A DNA stretch of 64,000 nt from an uncultured Planctomycetales bacterium (GCA_964499685.1 CAZCLW010000002.1:93013-157012), one strand, 5' to 3'. Shown: positions 36,233-45,344, counted from the first letter of the stretch. Translations and numbers: made by a program. The notes: a model not told the origin generated them from the letters alone.

Positions 36233-37471
36233 ATGAATTCAAAAATGGATATTCCGGGAATCCATCCCTTTTGGGTGATCGGCATATCCATTTTTATTCT
36301 CTTTAACAGCACAAGCGCTCTTTCTCAGGAAGTGACCGGAAATTCCTGCGTGGATTGTCACGCCGATATGTGGGAAGAGATGAAGGACAGTGTCCATTCC
36401 CAGCAGCAGATTACGTGTCACCGCTGTCACGGCGGTGATCCTACAAAGGCCGATCAGGATGCCGCTAAAGCCCCGGAGACAGGATATATCGGCGTACCCG
36501 AAAAGAAACAGATCATGCAGATCTGTGGCGGATGTCATGCCGATGTGGAAGTCATGAATTTTTACGGTATCCGGACCGATCAGCTGGCGCAATATAAAAC
36601 GAGCCAGCACGGTAAAAGCCTGCTGGAGGGAAATAGCCGGGTCGCGGTCTGCAGCGATTGTCATGGTTACCACGACGTTCTCTCTGTCTCCGATCCCAAC
36701 AGCACGGTTTATGCCCTCAATCTTCCCAAAACCTGCAATAAATGTCACGGCAATGAGAAGATCATGAACCACTATGATCTGCCGACGGATATATTTGAAA
36801 AATACAAAAACAGCGTCCACGGCCGCGCCTTGTTCGAGAAAAAGGACACCGGTGTTGCGAATTGCGCCAGTTGCCACGGAAGTCACGGCGCGGTCCCGCC
36901 CGGTGTCAAGGACATCGGTGCAACCTGCGGAAAATGCCACGTGAACGAAAAAAACAATTTTTTGGAAAGCGTTCATGCGAAGGTCGTGGAACAGGGCAAA
37001 TTTTCTGAATGTGTTTCCTGCCACAGTAACCACGAGGTCGCTCCGGCGAATGTTGCCATGTATGATCATGTGTGTGCCCAATGTCATCAGCCGCAAAGCC
37101 CCGCCTTTCAGGTAGGCCAGAGGATCCACGACCTCCTGCAGCGGTCCGAAAATGAGCTCTCTGAAACGACCATGATCGTCAAGCAGGCGGCCATCGAAGG
37201 TATTTTTGTGGAGGAAGAAGAGGGTTTATTGGAAGAAGCCAAGACCAAGGTCGTGGAAATGCAGCCTTTGCAGCACACATTGTCTTATCAGAAGTTAGCT
37301 GAAGTTTACGGCCAGGCTGAGGCCAGGACGACTGAGATAAAGAAGATGATCGCCGATAAACGGCAAGGATTAAAATGGCGCAAGATAGCACTTATCCCTA
37401 TCTGGATATTTGTCTTTATCATGAGCTGGGCTTTGATCATGAAATACAAACAACTTAAAGGACATGGATAA
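36233..37471 (+). CDS. Nonaheme c-type cytochrome with C-terminal TM anchor
   Basis: Nine CxxCH motifs (CVDCH, CHRCH, CGGCH, CSDCH, CNKCH, CASCH, CGKCH, CVSCH, CAQCH). N-terminal signal/anchor and a C-terminal TM helix WRKIALIPIWIFVFIMSWALIM. Confidence 0.8.
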   Translation: MNSKMDIPGIHPFWVIGISIFILFNSTSALSQEVTGNSCVDCHADMWEEMKDSVHSQQQITCHRCHGGDPTKADQDAAKAPETGYIGVPEKKQIMQICGGCHADVEVMNFYGIRTDQLAQYKTSQHGKSLLEGNSRVAVCSDCHGYHDVLSVSDPNSTVYALNLPKTCNKCHGNEKIMNHYDLPTDIFEKYKNSVHGRALFEKKDTGVANCASCHGSHGAVPPGVKDIGATCGKCHVNEKNNFLESVHAKVVEQGKFSECVSCHSNHEVAPANVAMYDHVCAQCHQPQSPAFQVGQRIHDLLQRSENELSETTMIVKQAAIEGIFVEEEEGLLEEAKTKVVEMQPLQHTLSYQKLAEVYGQAEARTTEIKKMIADKRQGLKWRKIALIPIWIFVFIMSWALIMKYKQLKGHG

Positions 37472-37925
37472 ACCTTTACCGACACAGTATGCAGGAGCCC
37501 CTAAGGCTGTTTCCCGCCGTGATTTTTTAAGCTGGCTGATCAAGTGCGGTCTTTTTGTGACGCTGTCGAGCATGATCATGCCGGCCTTGGCGTATCTTTG
37601 GCCCGTCACCCGACGCGGGCCCGCCGGAGGGATGAATGATATCGGGGGCGAGGAGGACTTTCCGGAATGGGGATCGAAGAAAGTGATCCTGGGTGGCAGT
37701 GCGATCCTGGTGATACGCACGCCGCAGGGGTTTAAGGCGTTTTCCGCGATCTGTACACATCTGGGATGCCTGGTCCACTGGGATAATAAAAAACGTGAGA
37801 TCGTCTGTCCTTGTCACGCGGGTTTGTTTGATATGGAAGGGCGGGTGGTGGCTGGCCCGCCTCCGCGGCCGCTTCCGTCCCTGCCGGTCAGCGTGGTCAA
37901 CGGCCGTGTCATGGTGAAAGTATAA
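37464..37925 (+). CDS. Rieske [2Fe-2S] iron-sulfur protein of a cytochrome bc/b6f-type complex (TAT substrate)
   Basis: Twin-arginine motif SRRDFLSWL. Rieske boxes CTHLGCLVHW and CPCHAGLFD. Confidence 0.85.
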   Translation: MDKPLPTQYAGAPKAVSRRDFLSWLIKCGLFVTLSSMIMPALAYLWPVTRRGPAGGMNDIGGEEDFPEWGSKKVILGGSAILVIRTPQGFKAFSAICTHLGCLVHWDNKKREIVCPCHAGLFDMEGRVVAGPPPRPLPSLPVSVVNGRVMVKV

Positions 37926-37934
37926 AGGAAAACG

Positions 37935-39077
37935 ATGTTTAAGGCGAAGATCCTGGACTGGCTGGACAAACGCTTTGATCTTAAAAAGATCGAAGAGCCG
38001 CTCCGTTATCAGGTCGAGAAACCGCTGCCGAAAAATATCGGTTGGTTCCATACGCTGGGAAGCATGTCGCTCTTTCTCTTTATCAGTCAGGTCCTCACTG
38101 GGATCCTGTTGCTGGTCTATTATCGTCCGACGGTGGACGAGGCTTTCGAGAGCGTCAAATTCATTATGACCAAGCCTTATCTAGGATGGCTGTACCGGCA
38201 GATCCATGCGTGGGGTGCCAACCTCATGGTCATCATTGTTTTTCTGCACATGCTCCGGACATTTTTTACCGGTTCCTTCAAGAAGCCGCGGGAATTGACT
38301 TGGATCATAGGCGTATTTTTGTTTATCCTGACGCTTGTTTTCGGTTTTACAGGATATCTTTTGCCGTGGAACCAGCTGGCTTATTGGGCCACGACCGTCG
38401 GAACGGAAGTCGCCGGCGCCATACCCTTTGTGGGTGAAGGCATGAAAACATTTATGCGCGGCGGGAGTTCCGTGGGTGCGGAAACTTTATCGCGGTTCTT
38501 TGTCATTCATGTGATCATTCTACCCTGGCTGGTATTCTTTTTGATCATGGTGCACCTGGTACTGGTGCGCTATCAGGGCATTGCCACCATGGACCCTGTC
38601 GGAGAAGAGCAGGAGACCAAGAAGGGCGAAGGCACGCCCTTCTTCCCGCACCATGTCCTGAAAGAGGGGGTGGTCTGGTTCATCCTGCTGGGTGTCCTTG
38701 TGACTTTGTCCATTCTCATGCCTTTTGAGCTGGGAGAAAAGGCCGATCCGCTGAAGACGCCGGAGGGGATCAAGCCGGAATGGTATTTTCTCCCGATGTA
38801 TCAGGTCCTGAAATATTTTTCTAAACTGCTAGGGATCTTTGTGGTGACCTTGGCGCCTATTTTTCTTTTTCTCTGGCCGTTCCTGGATAAGACTAAATTT
38901 CGTCATCCGGCCAGGAGGTCCGTTTCCGTTATGATCGGAATTTTGGTATTATTATCATTGCTTATTTTTGGCATCCTAGGCCATCTCTCGGAAAGCAAGA
39001 GAGAGTTTTTTGGTAAAACGTATGAATTTGATATTTACGGCATTCCGCACGAAGTGAAGCCGGGTGCCGATCATTAA
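37935..39077 (+). CDS. Cytochrome b6 fused to subunit IV (PetB-PetD fusion, b6f-type cytochrome b)
   Basis: YYRPTVDEAFESVKFIMT, KKPRELTW, LPWNQLAYWATTVGT, RGGSSVGAETLSRFF and VRYQGIA are near-identical to cyt b6 blocks. C-terminal PEWYFLPMYQVLKYF is the subunit IV block. Confidence 0.85.
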   Translation: MFKAKILDWLDKRFDLKKIEEPLRYQVEKPLPKNIGWFHTLGSMSLFLFISQVLTGILLLVYYRPTVDEAFESVKFIMTKPYLGWLYRQIHAWGANLMVIIVFLHMLRTFFTGSFKKPRELTWIIGVFLFILTLVFGFTGYLLPWNQLAYWATTVGTEVAGAIPFVGEGMKTFMRGGSSVGAETLSRFFVIHVIILPWLVFFLIMVHLVLVRYQGIATMDPVGEEQETKKGEGTPFFPHHVLKEGVVWFILLGVLVTLSILMPFELGEKADPLKTPEGIKPEWYFLPMYQVLKYFSKLLGIFVVTLAPIFLFLWPFLDKTKFRHPARRSVSVMIGILVLLSLLIFGILGHLSESKREFFGKTYEFDIYGIPHEVKPGADH

Positions 39078-39102
39078 ATGCGTTCTCAAAACGGGAGGTC
39101 TT

Positions 39103-39639
39103 ATGAAATTACCGCTCATGGTCATTTGTTTTATCATGGTTTTATCGTGCCGTTCCGATGCCCAGACCGAACCGCCCCAACATGAGTTTGTGGGCGCGGC
39201 CAAGTGCGCGCTGTGCCATAAAAAACCGGAACAGGGCGAGCAGTACCGTATATGGCAGGAATCGAAGCATGCCAAGGCGCTCGAAACTTTAAAGACGCCT
39301 GAGGCCAAAGAGATCGCGGCCAAACAGGGCATTGATGACCCGGCGACCAGCGGAAAATGTTTGAAATGCCATTCCACTGCCTATTGGTTCTCGGAAAATA
39401 AGGTGACGGAAGCTATTGCCGTCGAAGAAAGCATCTCCTGCGAAACCTGCCATGGTCCGGGCAAGGATTACATGAAAAAGAGTATTATGGAAGACCGGGA
39501 CGAGTCCATCGCCAATGGCCTGATTATCCCCACCGAAGAGACGTGCCTGAAATGCCATAATCAGGAATCCCCGACGTATAAGCCTTTTAATTTCAAGGAA
39601 AGATGGGAAAAGATCAAGCATCCCGTTCCCGAGAAATAA
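39103..39639 (+). CDS. Tetraheme c-type cytochrome (periplasmic)
   Basis: Signal peptide. CALCH, CLKCH, CETCH, CLKCH. RBS GGGAGGTCTT. Confidence 0.75.
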   Translation: MKLPLMVICFIMVLSCRSDAQTEPPQHEFVGAAKCALCHKKPEQGEQYRIWQESKHAKALETLKTPEAKEIAAKQGIDDPATSGKCLKCHSTAYWFSENKVTEAIAVEESISCETCHGPGKDYMKKSIMEDRDESIANGLIIPTEETCLKCHNQESPTYKPFNFKERWEKIKHPVPEK

Positions 39640-39746
39640 GGCGTCAGACAAGCGTTTTCCTTGCATTTCTATATCCCTTTCGGGCGTGGACTTCATGGAA
39701 AAATGCGTTATAATACGCTGAAAATAAGAGCTAAATAAGGGTCTTT

Positions 39747-41264
39747 ATGCCACCAGACAATGAACCGGCCGCCCCTCAGCGCCGACGATTCTCAATTTAT
39801 TTCTATAATTACATAACGTATGCCGGTATATTTTTGAGCTTGGCGATCTTTACGGCCGAGCTCTTTCTTTTCGGGCTTGATTTTTTTACCGGTTCCACCA
39901 ATGTCTATCTCGGCATTCTCACCTACTGTTTTCTCCCCATCTTTTTGATCATCGGGCTGATCCTGATCCCGGCCGGGGCCTTATGGAAAAGAAGGCGTAT
40001 TCTGAAGGGGCTGGCTGACTGGAGACCGAAGAAGCTGCTGATCGATCCTGCCATTCCCAGTCACCGTAATGCCCTTTTTATTTTTTCGATCGGCACTATC
40101 ATTCTCATTGTTATGTCCGCCGTCGGCGCTTATAAAGCTTTTCAGTATACGGAGTCGGTGCATTTTTGCGGGATCGTCTGCCATAAGATCATGATCCCCG
40201 AATATACGACCTATCTTAATTCGCCGCATGCGCGGGTCAAATGTGTGGAATGTCACATCGGGGAAGGGGCGACATGGTATATGAAATCCAAGGTCTCCGG
40301 TGCCAGGCAGGTGCTGCGCATGCTGACTAATACGTATGAAAAACCAATCGCCTCGCCGGTCCATAATCTGCGCCCTTCAGAACAGACCTGCGAACATTGC
40401 CATTGGCCGGGCAAGTTCTACGGGTCTTCTGAAATAAGGAAGACGTATTATGCCCGCGATGTGGAAGAACCGCGCAAATGGTTTTTACGCATGTTGATGC
40501 ATGTTGGGCGGAGCGAGAACGAAGACTACGGGATCCATGCCCATATGTACGTAGATAATGAGATCTATTATGCGGCCGAAGACGACCGCCGCCAGAAGAT
40601 CACCTGGATCAAAAGCGTGGACAAAAAAGGCCAGGAGACCATTTTCACGACATCAAAATCCAAATTCAAGGACCAGGAGCCGCCGCCGGAGGCCATCCGC
40701 AAGATGGATTGCATTGATTGCCATAATCGGCCCACTCACCGTTTCGAACCGCCCTATAAGTTGGTCAATGCCGCCTTGCTCGCCAACGAAATCGATCCGG
40801 AGATCCCGAATATCAAGTCTAAGCTCATGGATGTTTTGGGCGCCCAATATACAAGCACGCAGGAAGCGGAAGAAAAGATCCGGCAAAAGCTCCGCGATTA
40901 CTATACGCAAAAACAGGCCGAATTTTATGGAAGCCATCAGGCCAAGGTCGAGCAAGCGATCGAAAAGGCGGTGGAGATCTTCAAGAATAACTTCTTCCCG
41001 GCGATGGAGGCCCGATGGGATACGCATTATAACAATATCGGACATCTCTGGTCGAACGGCTGTTTCCGGTGTCACGACGGAGAGCATCGCTCTTCCGACG
41101 GAGAGGTGATCAGCCGGGATTGCAACATTTGCCATACGATCATTGAGCAGGGGCCGGTCGATGCGCTGCAGACCGACACCAAGGGTCTTCCCTTTGTGCA
41201 CCCCTTTGAAGACGACGGCGCCTGGCAGGAAATGAACTGTTCGGATTGTCATACGGGCAATTGA
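39747..41264 (+). CDS. Membrane-anchored multiheme cytochrome c, NapC/NirT/NrfH-like (heptaheme)
   Basis: Three N-terminal TM helices, then CGIVCH (CxxxCH), CVECH, CEHCH, CIDCH, CFRCH, CNICH and CSDCH. The NSPHARVKCVECH arrangement is typical of the quinol-dehydrogenase NapC/NrfH class. Confidence 0.7.
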   Translation: MPPDNEPAAPQRRRFSIYFYNYITYAGIFLSLAIFTAELFLFGLDFFTGSTNVYLGILTYCFLPIFLIIGLILIPAGALWKRRRILKGLADWRPKKLLIDPAIPSHRNALFIFSIGTIILIVMSAVGAYKAFQYTESVHFCGIVCHKIMIPEYTTYLNSPHARVKCVECHIGEGATWYMKSKVSGARQVLRMLTNTYEKPIASPVHNLRPSEQTCEHCHWPGKFYGSSEIRKTYYARDVEEPRKWFLRMLMHVGRSENEDYGIHAHMYVDNEIYYAAEDDRRQKITWIKSVDKKGQETIFTTSKSKFKDQEPPPEAIRKMDCIDCHNRPTHRFEPPYKLVNAALLANEIDPEIPNIKSKLMDVLGAQYTSTQEAEEKIRQKLRDYYTQKQAEFYGSHQAKVEQAIEKAVEIFKNNFFPAMEARWDTHYNNIGHLWSNGCFRCHDGEHRSSDGEVISRDCNICHTIIEQGPVDALQTDTKGLPFVHPFEDDGAWQEMNCSDCHTGN

Positions 41265-41333
41265 GGCCAAAATGCTCCGGCTGTTTTTATTGAAATCAAA
41301 AATGCTTTCTGTTACGATAAGGACTTAATTATT

Positions 41334-42173
41334 ATGAAAAAATATTATTTCAGTCAGTATTTTCTTTCTATGGCCTGTACGTTCCTGCTCTTGGCGGGAT
41401 GTGAGCGGTCTCCCGTTGTGCGCGCGTACACCGAGATCACGCTTGCGCCCGAAAGCTCCCCTAAAAAACCTTCCGGTCCCAATGCCTTCCCTAAAGGCAT
41501 GATGCCCGAGGATGACATCCATAAGGATTTGATGCCCCAGGACGACATTCATAAAGGCCTGATGCCGCAAGATGATATTCACACCGGATTGATGCCTCAG
41601 GATGATATCCGCACGGGGCTGATGCCCGACGATGACATCCATCGGGGCATTACGGCGCAGGGCCAAGCGCCTGCCGGTATGGATATGAAGAACATGGCTC
41701 TTGATCCCCGGCTCAATGATTCCGTCGACAGAACACCCTTAAAGTGGACAACGCCGGAAGGGTGGTTGGAGAGCAAAGGGAGCGGAATGCGCCTGGCCAC
41801 ATTCGTCCATACCGATAAAAACAATCCTATTGAAGTGAGCATTATTTCCCTGGGCGGTTCGGCCGGAGGATTATCGGGCAATATTGTCCGCTGGATGCAG
41901 CAGATCAATGTCCCGGTGCCGGCGGGGGCGGAATGGGAGCGATTTATGGGCCGGCAGGAAAATTTTAAGACCGTTTCCGGCTTGCCGGTTGTGCTGATCG
42001 ACTTTACCGAATTGCAAAAAGAACAAAAGGGGGATGCCCCTAGCATGATGGCGGCCGTTATTGACCGGCAGGACGCTCAGATCTTCATCAAGATGACCGG
42101 CAGCAAGCAGGCGGTCATTGCGAGCCGCGCTGCTTTCCGATCGCTGGCCGAATCGATCGAGGTGAGAGAATAA
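41334..42173 (+). CDS. Lipoprotein with five tandem decapeptide repeats (LMPQDDIHKG-like) and a C-terminal globular domain
   Basis: Lipobox LLAGC. Repeats MMPEDDIHKD / LMPQDDIHKG / LMPQDDIHTG / LMPQDDIRTG / LMPDDDIHRG are encoded by a 30-bp tandem DNA repeat. Confidence 0.5.
   Translation: MKKYYFSQYFLSMACTFLLLAGCERSPVVRAYTEITLAPESSPKKPSGPNAFPKGMMPEDDIHKDLMPQDDIHKGLMPQDDIHTGLMPQDDIRTGLMPDDDIHRGITAQGQAPAGMDMKNMALDPRLNDSVDRTPLKWTTPEGWLESKGSGMRLATFVHTDKNNPIEVSIISLGGSAGGLSGNIVRWMQQINVPVPAGAEWERFMGRQENFKTVSGLPVVLIDFTELQKEQKGDAPSMMAAVIDRQDAQIFIKMTGSKQAVIASRAAFRSLAESIEVRE
41501..41650 (+). repeat. 5 x 30-bp imperfect in-frame tandem repeat (GATGCCNNANGANGANATNCANANNGGNNT)
   Basis: Direct inspection: units begin at 41501, 41531, 41561, 41591 and 41621. 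Confidence 0.85.
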
Positions 42174-42174
42174 G

Positions 42175-43338
42175 ATGAAGGATTTCCGTCAAAAATTCCG
42201 TCGAAATAAAGCCGTAAAACTTCTGACTTCGGTCAAATTGACCGTTGTTTTCCTTTTACTGCTTTTTATTCTTACGCTCTGGGGGACCGTGGCCCAAGTG
42301 CACCAGGGGCTCTATCTGGCGCAAGACAGATATTTTCATTCTTTTTTCTTTTTGGCGATGGGATTTTTGCCGTTTCCCGGCGGACAGCTGGTCATGTGGG
42401 CGCTCTTTTTCAATCTGGTCGCGGTGGCGATCTTCCGTTTGAATTATAAGTGGCGCCATGCCGGTATTATCATCATCCATTTCGGGCTTTTATCGTTCCT
42501 GGTTGCGGGATTCGTGACCATGCGATGTGCTAAAGAAAGTTTTCTCATGCTGCTCGAAGGTCATGCCTCGAATGTTTCCTCGGCTTATCATGAATGGGAG
42601 ATTTCTTTTTGGAAGGATCAGTCTCCGACCCCGGCAGGCAAAGAGGAGCGGAATATTATTGCGGTCAGTACGGCGGCCTTTAAGCCAGGCCGGACGGTCC
42701 ATGTGGATGAATTAGACCTTAAACTGACGGTCAAAGAATATTGCCGCAATTGCGAAGCCTTTGTGGGGAGCGGATTGGAGGCCCTGAACGCGTCCGGTAT
42801 CCAGCGTCTGAAGTCCGTGCCGCTGTCCAAAGAGCCGGAAAGAAACGTTCCCGGCGGTGTCTTTCAGATGGAAACATCCGGCGGACGTCATTATGATGTA
42901 TTGCTGTTCGGGAATGAATCCAAACCGACCGCCATTGAGATAAACGGTGTTGCTTACAATGTGATCCTGCGCCTGCAACGATATCCGCTTCCCTTTACGC
43001 TAAGACTGGTTGATTTTATGATGGAAAAACATCCCGGGACCAATACGCCGCGCGCCTTCAAGAGCCTGGTATCCATCGAGACCGGCGGCGCCTGGCGGGA
43101 TAAGCTGATCTCCATGAACAATCCTTTGCGTTATAAAGATTTCACGCTGTATCAGGCTTCTTACCAGATCGATGAGTTGGGCCGGGAATTTTCAACCCTG
43201 GCTGTCGTAAAAAATGTAGGGCGCATTTTACCGTATGTATCAACCTTTGTGACCTTTGGAGGTCTGGCTCTTCATTTTATTATGATGGCCTTCACCGCCA
43301 GGAAAGGTGTCGAGTCGCCGTATGTGGGCAGCGAATAA
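42175..43338 (+). CDS. ccsB: Cytochrome c biogenesis protein ResB/CcsB (System II)
   Basis: N-terminal TM, periplasmic domain, and the conserved C-terminal block ISMNNPLRYKDFTLYQASYQ characteristic of ResB. Confidence 0.8.
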   Translation: MKDFRQKFRRNKAVKLLTSVKLTVVFLLLLFILTLWGTVAQVHQGLYLAQDRYFHSFFFLAMGFLPFPGGQLVMWALFFNLVAVAIFRLNYKWRHAGIIIIHFGLLSFLVAGFVTMRCAKESFLMLLEGHASNVSSAYHEWEISFWKDQSPTPAGKEERNIIAVSTAAFKPGRTVHVDELDLKLTVKEYCRNCEAFVGSGLEALNASGIQRLKSVPLSKEPERNVPGGVFQMETSGGRHYDVLLFGNESKPTAIEINGVAYNVILRLQRYPLPFTLRLVDFMMEKHPGTNTPRAFKSLVSIETGGAWRDKLISMNNPLRYKDFTLYQASYQIDELGREFSTLAVVKNVGRILPYVSTFVTFGGLALHFIMMAFTARKGVESPYVGSE

Positions 43339-45265
43339 GAAGGTATCTATTGTGTTTAAAGGCTTTTTATTGACGGCCGTTTTGACCGCGGGCTTGTTTC
43401 CCCCGTCGACATTAGGCGCGCAGGCCATTTGTCCGCTGGATACGCGGAAACCGCAAAAGATCGGATCGTTGGACGTTTTCAAACGGATCCCAGTCCTCAA
43501 CGAAGGCCGGATCAAACCGATGGAGACGTATGGACAGAATTTATTGTTGCTCCTCTCCGGGAAAAAGCGCTATGAAAAAGAGTCAGGTGCCGAGTGGTTT
43601 GCCCGCTTTTTATTTGCCCCCCGTACGACATATAATGACCGGATCTTCCTTATCAATAATTCCGAGATCCCCGAGGCCCTCGGCATCCATCCGGATAAAA
43701 AGCGCCGGTACAGCTTCAGGGACATCGAGCCCGCGTATGGTAAATTAGAACAGTTGGCCCAAGCCTCCCGGAAGATCGACGAGAAAAGCCAATCCGTGGT
43801 TGAGAAAGAGATCCTGAGGCTTTATAACAATGTCTTTATCTATGTCCAGCTCTCCGGCGCCATGCTGTATGCGGTCCCGCATCCGGATTTTGCGATCGGA
43901 TCGGCAGAGGTCATTGAGCGGCTGCAGCTGCCCAAGGAAGAGAATACCTTCAGTTTTTTTGATCTCATCGAAAGAAGCCAGCTGCTGCACAAAGCGACCG
44001 AAGGTTTGGAAACCAAAAAACAGAGCGAATGGACCGAAGAGGACAAGATCCTGGCGCGGTTAATGAACGCGATCTTTTTCTGGGCCGAGCATTACGCCGA
44101 TTGTCCGTTCGGCCTGATCCCGTCCCAGGATGAGCAGGATGAACACTGGTTAAGCCCCATGGACGTCATCCTTTCCCGTTTTTCGGATCCGGCCTATCAT
44201 GAGGCCATTAAGAATGCCAGGGACATGACCCTGGCCTATTGGAACGGCGCCCAATTGGAGTTTGATCTGGCCGGCCGGGCCTTTATGAACTCGGTCTCCA
44301 AGGTCTATTCGGTCAAAGAGCAGCAGGCCGTCTCCAAGATCCCGCTTGAGCTGCTTTATAACAAACTGAACTTATTTTTTTGGGCCAAAGTTTTTTACGG
44401 TGCGGCTATTTTTCTTTTCTTATTTTCGCTGATGTCCGAGAGAAAGTGGCTCTATCCCGCAGCGGTCGCCGTTGTTGTCGCCGGTTTTATTCCTCATGCC
44501 GCGGCGCTGTTTCTGCGTATCGCCATTTTGTCCCGGCCGCCGGTCAGCAATCTCTATGAAACGTTTATTTTTGTCGGCTTGATCAGCGCCCTTTTAGGTT
44601 TATTGCTGGAATTCTTCAACCGGAACTGGCTGGGCATCATTGTGGCAGCTGTCAGCGGGTTTACTTTTCTGCTGATCTCCGGTAAATTTGCCGTCGAGGG
44701 TGATACCATGCAGATGCTGGTTGCTGTCTTAAATTCTAATTTCTGGCTGAGCACACACGTCTTGGCCATTACCATAGGATATGCTGGATGCAGTGTTGCC
44801 GGGGTTTTGGGGCATGTATACATTTTGCAGGCCATGGCCAGACCCAACGACAAAAAGCGGCTGGAAGGGACCTATAAGAACATGATGGGGATCCTTGGTT
44901 TCGGTTTGACGATGACCTTTTTGGGGACCATGCTGGGCGGGATATGGGCAGACCAGTCCTGGGGCCGTTTTTGGGGCTGGGACCCGAAAGAGAACGGTGC
45001 CCTATTGATCGTCCTGTGGTCGGCGATCATCTTTCACGCCCGCTTGGCCAAGTTTATCAATCCGCTGGGCGCTGCGGTCGGTTGCGTTTTCGGTCTGGTC
45101 GTTGTGATGTGGGCCTGGTTCGGCGTGAATTTATTAAGCGTGGGCCTGCATTCCTATGGATTTACGTCCGGCATCGCCTTTGCTCTGGGTGCTTATGTCG
45201 TGGCCGAATTGGTTTTTGTGGCCGTGGCCGGCCTTGTCCTTGGCAAAAAAAATATTAAATTTTGA
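43322..45265 (+). CDS. ccsA: Cytochrome c biogenesis protein CcsA/ResC with long N-terminal periplasmic extension
   Basis: WWD heme-handling motif WADQSWGRFWGWDPKENGALLIVLW plus conserved His residues. About 330 extra N-terminal residues. The start is uncertain: GTG at 43307, ATG at 43322, or GTG at 43352 with an AAGAAGG RBS. Confidence 0.8.
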   Translation: MWAANKKVSIVFKGFLLTAVLTAGLFPPSTLGAQAICPLDTRKPQKIGSLDVFKRIPVLNEGRIKPMETYGQNLLLLLSGKKRYEKESGAEWFARFLFAPRTTYNDRIFLINNSEIPEALGIHPDKKRRYSFRDIEPAYGKLEQLAQASRKIDEKSQSVVEKEILRLYNNVFIYVQLSGAMLYAVPHPDFAIGSAEVIERLQLPKEENTFSFFDLIERSQLLHKATEGLETKKQSEWTEEDKILARLMNAIFFWAEHYADCPFGLIPSQDEQDEHWLSPMDVILSRFSDPAYHEAIKNARDMTLAYWNGAQLEFDLAGRAFMNSVSKVYSVKEQQAVSKIPLELLYNKLNLFFWAKVFYGAAIFLFLFSLMSERKWLYPAAVAVVVAGFIPHAAALFLRIAILSRPPVSNLYETFIFVGLISALLGLLLEFFNRNWLGIIVAAVSGFTFLLISGKFAVEGDTMQMLVAVLNSNFWLSTHVLAITIGYAGCSVAGVLGHVYILQAMARPNDKKRLEGTYKNMMGILGFGLTMTFLGTMLGGIWADQSWGRFWGWDPKENGALLIVLWSAIIFHARLAKFINPLGAAVGCVFGLVVVMWAWFGVNLLSVGLHSYGFTSGIAFALGAYVVAELVFVAVAGLVLGKKNIKF

Positions 45266-45344
45266 TCCCGGCCCCTCTTCAGATTAGCATCTCTTCTTTT
45301 TTCTTTTGTGCTATAATTTTTCCAGATATCTTCCCTGACGAGTT

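Noticed and set aside
36239-37129. 296-aa minus-strand ORF across the nonaheme cytochrome gene
   Set aside because: Antisense. The sense frame has nine CxxCH motifs.
41501-41650. Regular 30-bp direct repeats, considered as a possible CRISPR array
   Set aside because: The repeats are contiguous with no spacers, are in frame inside a lipoprotein gene, and encode a decapeptide repeat. No cas genes are present in the window.
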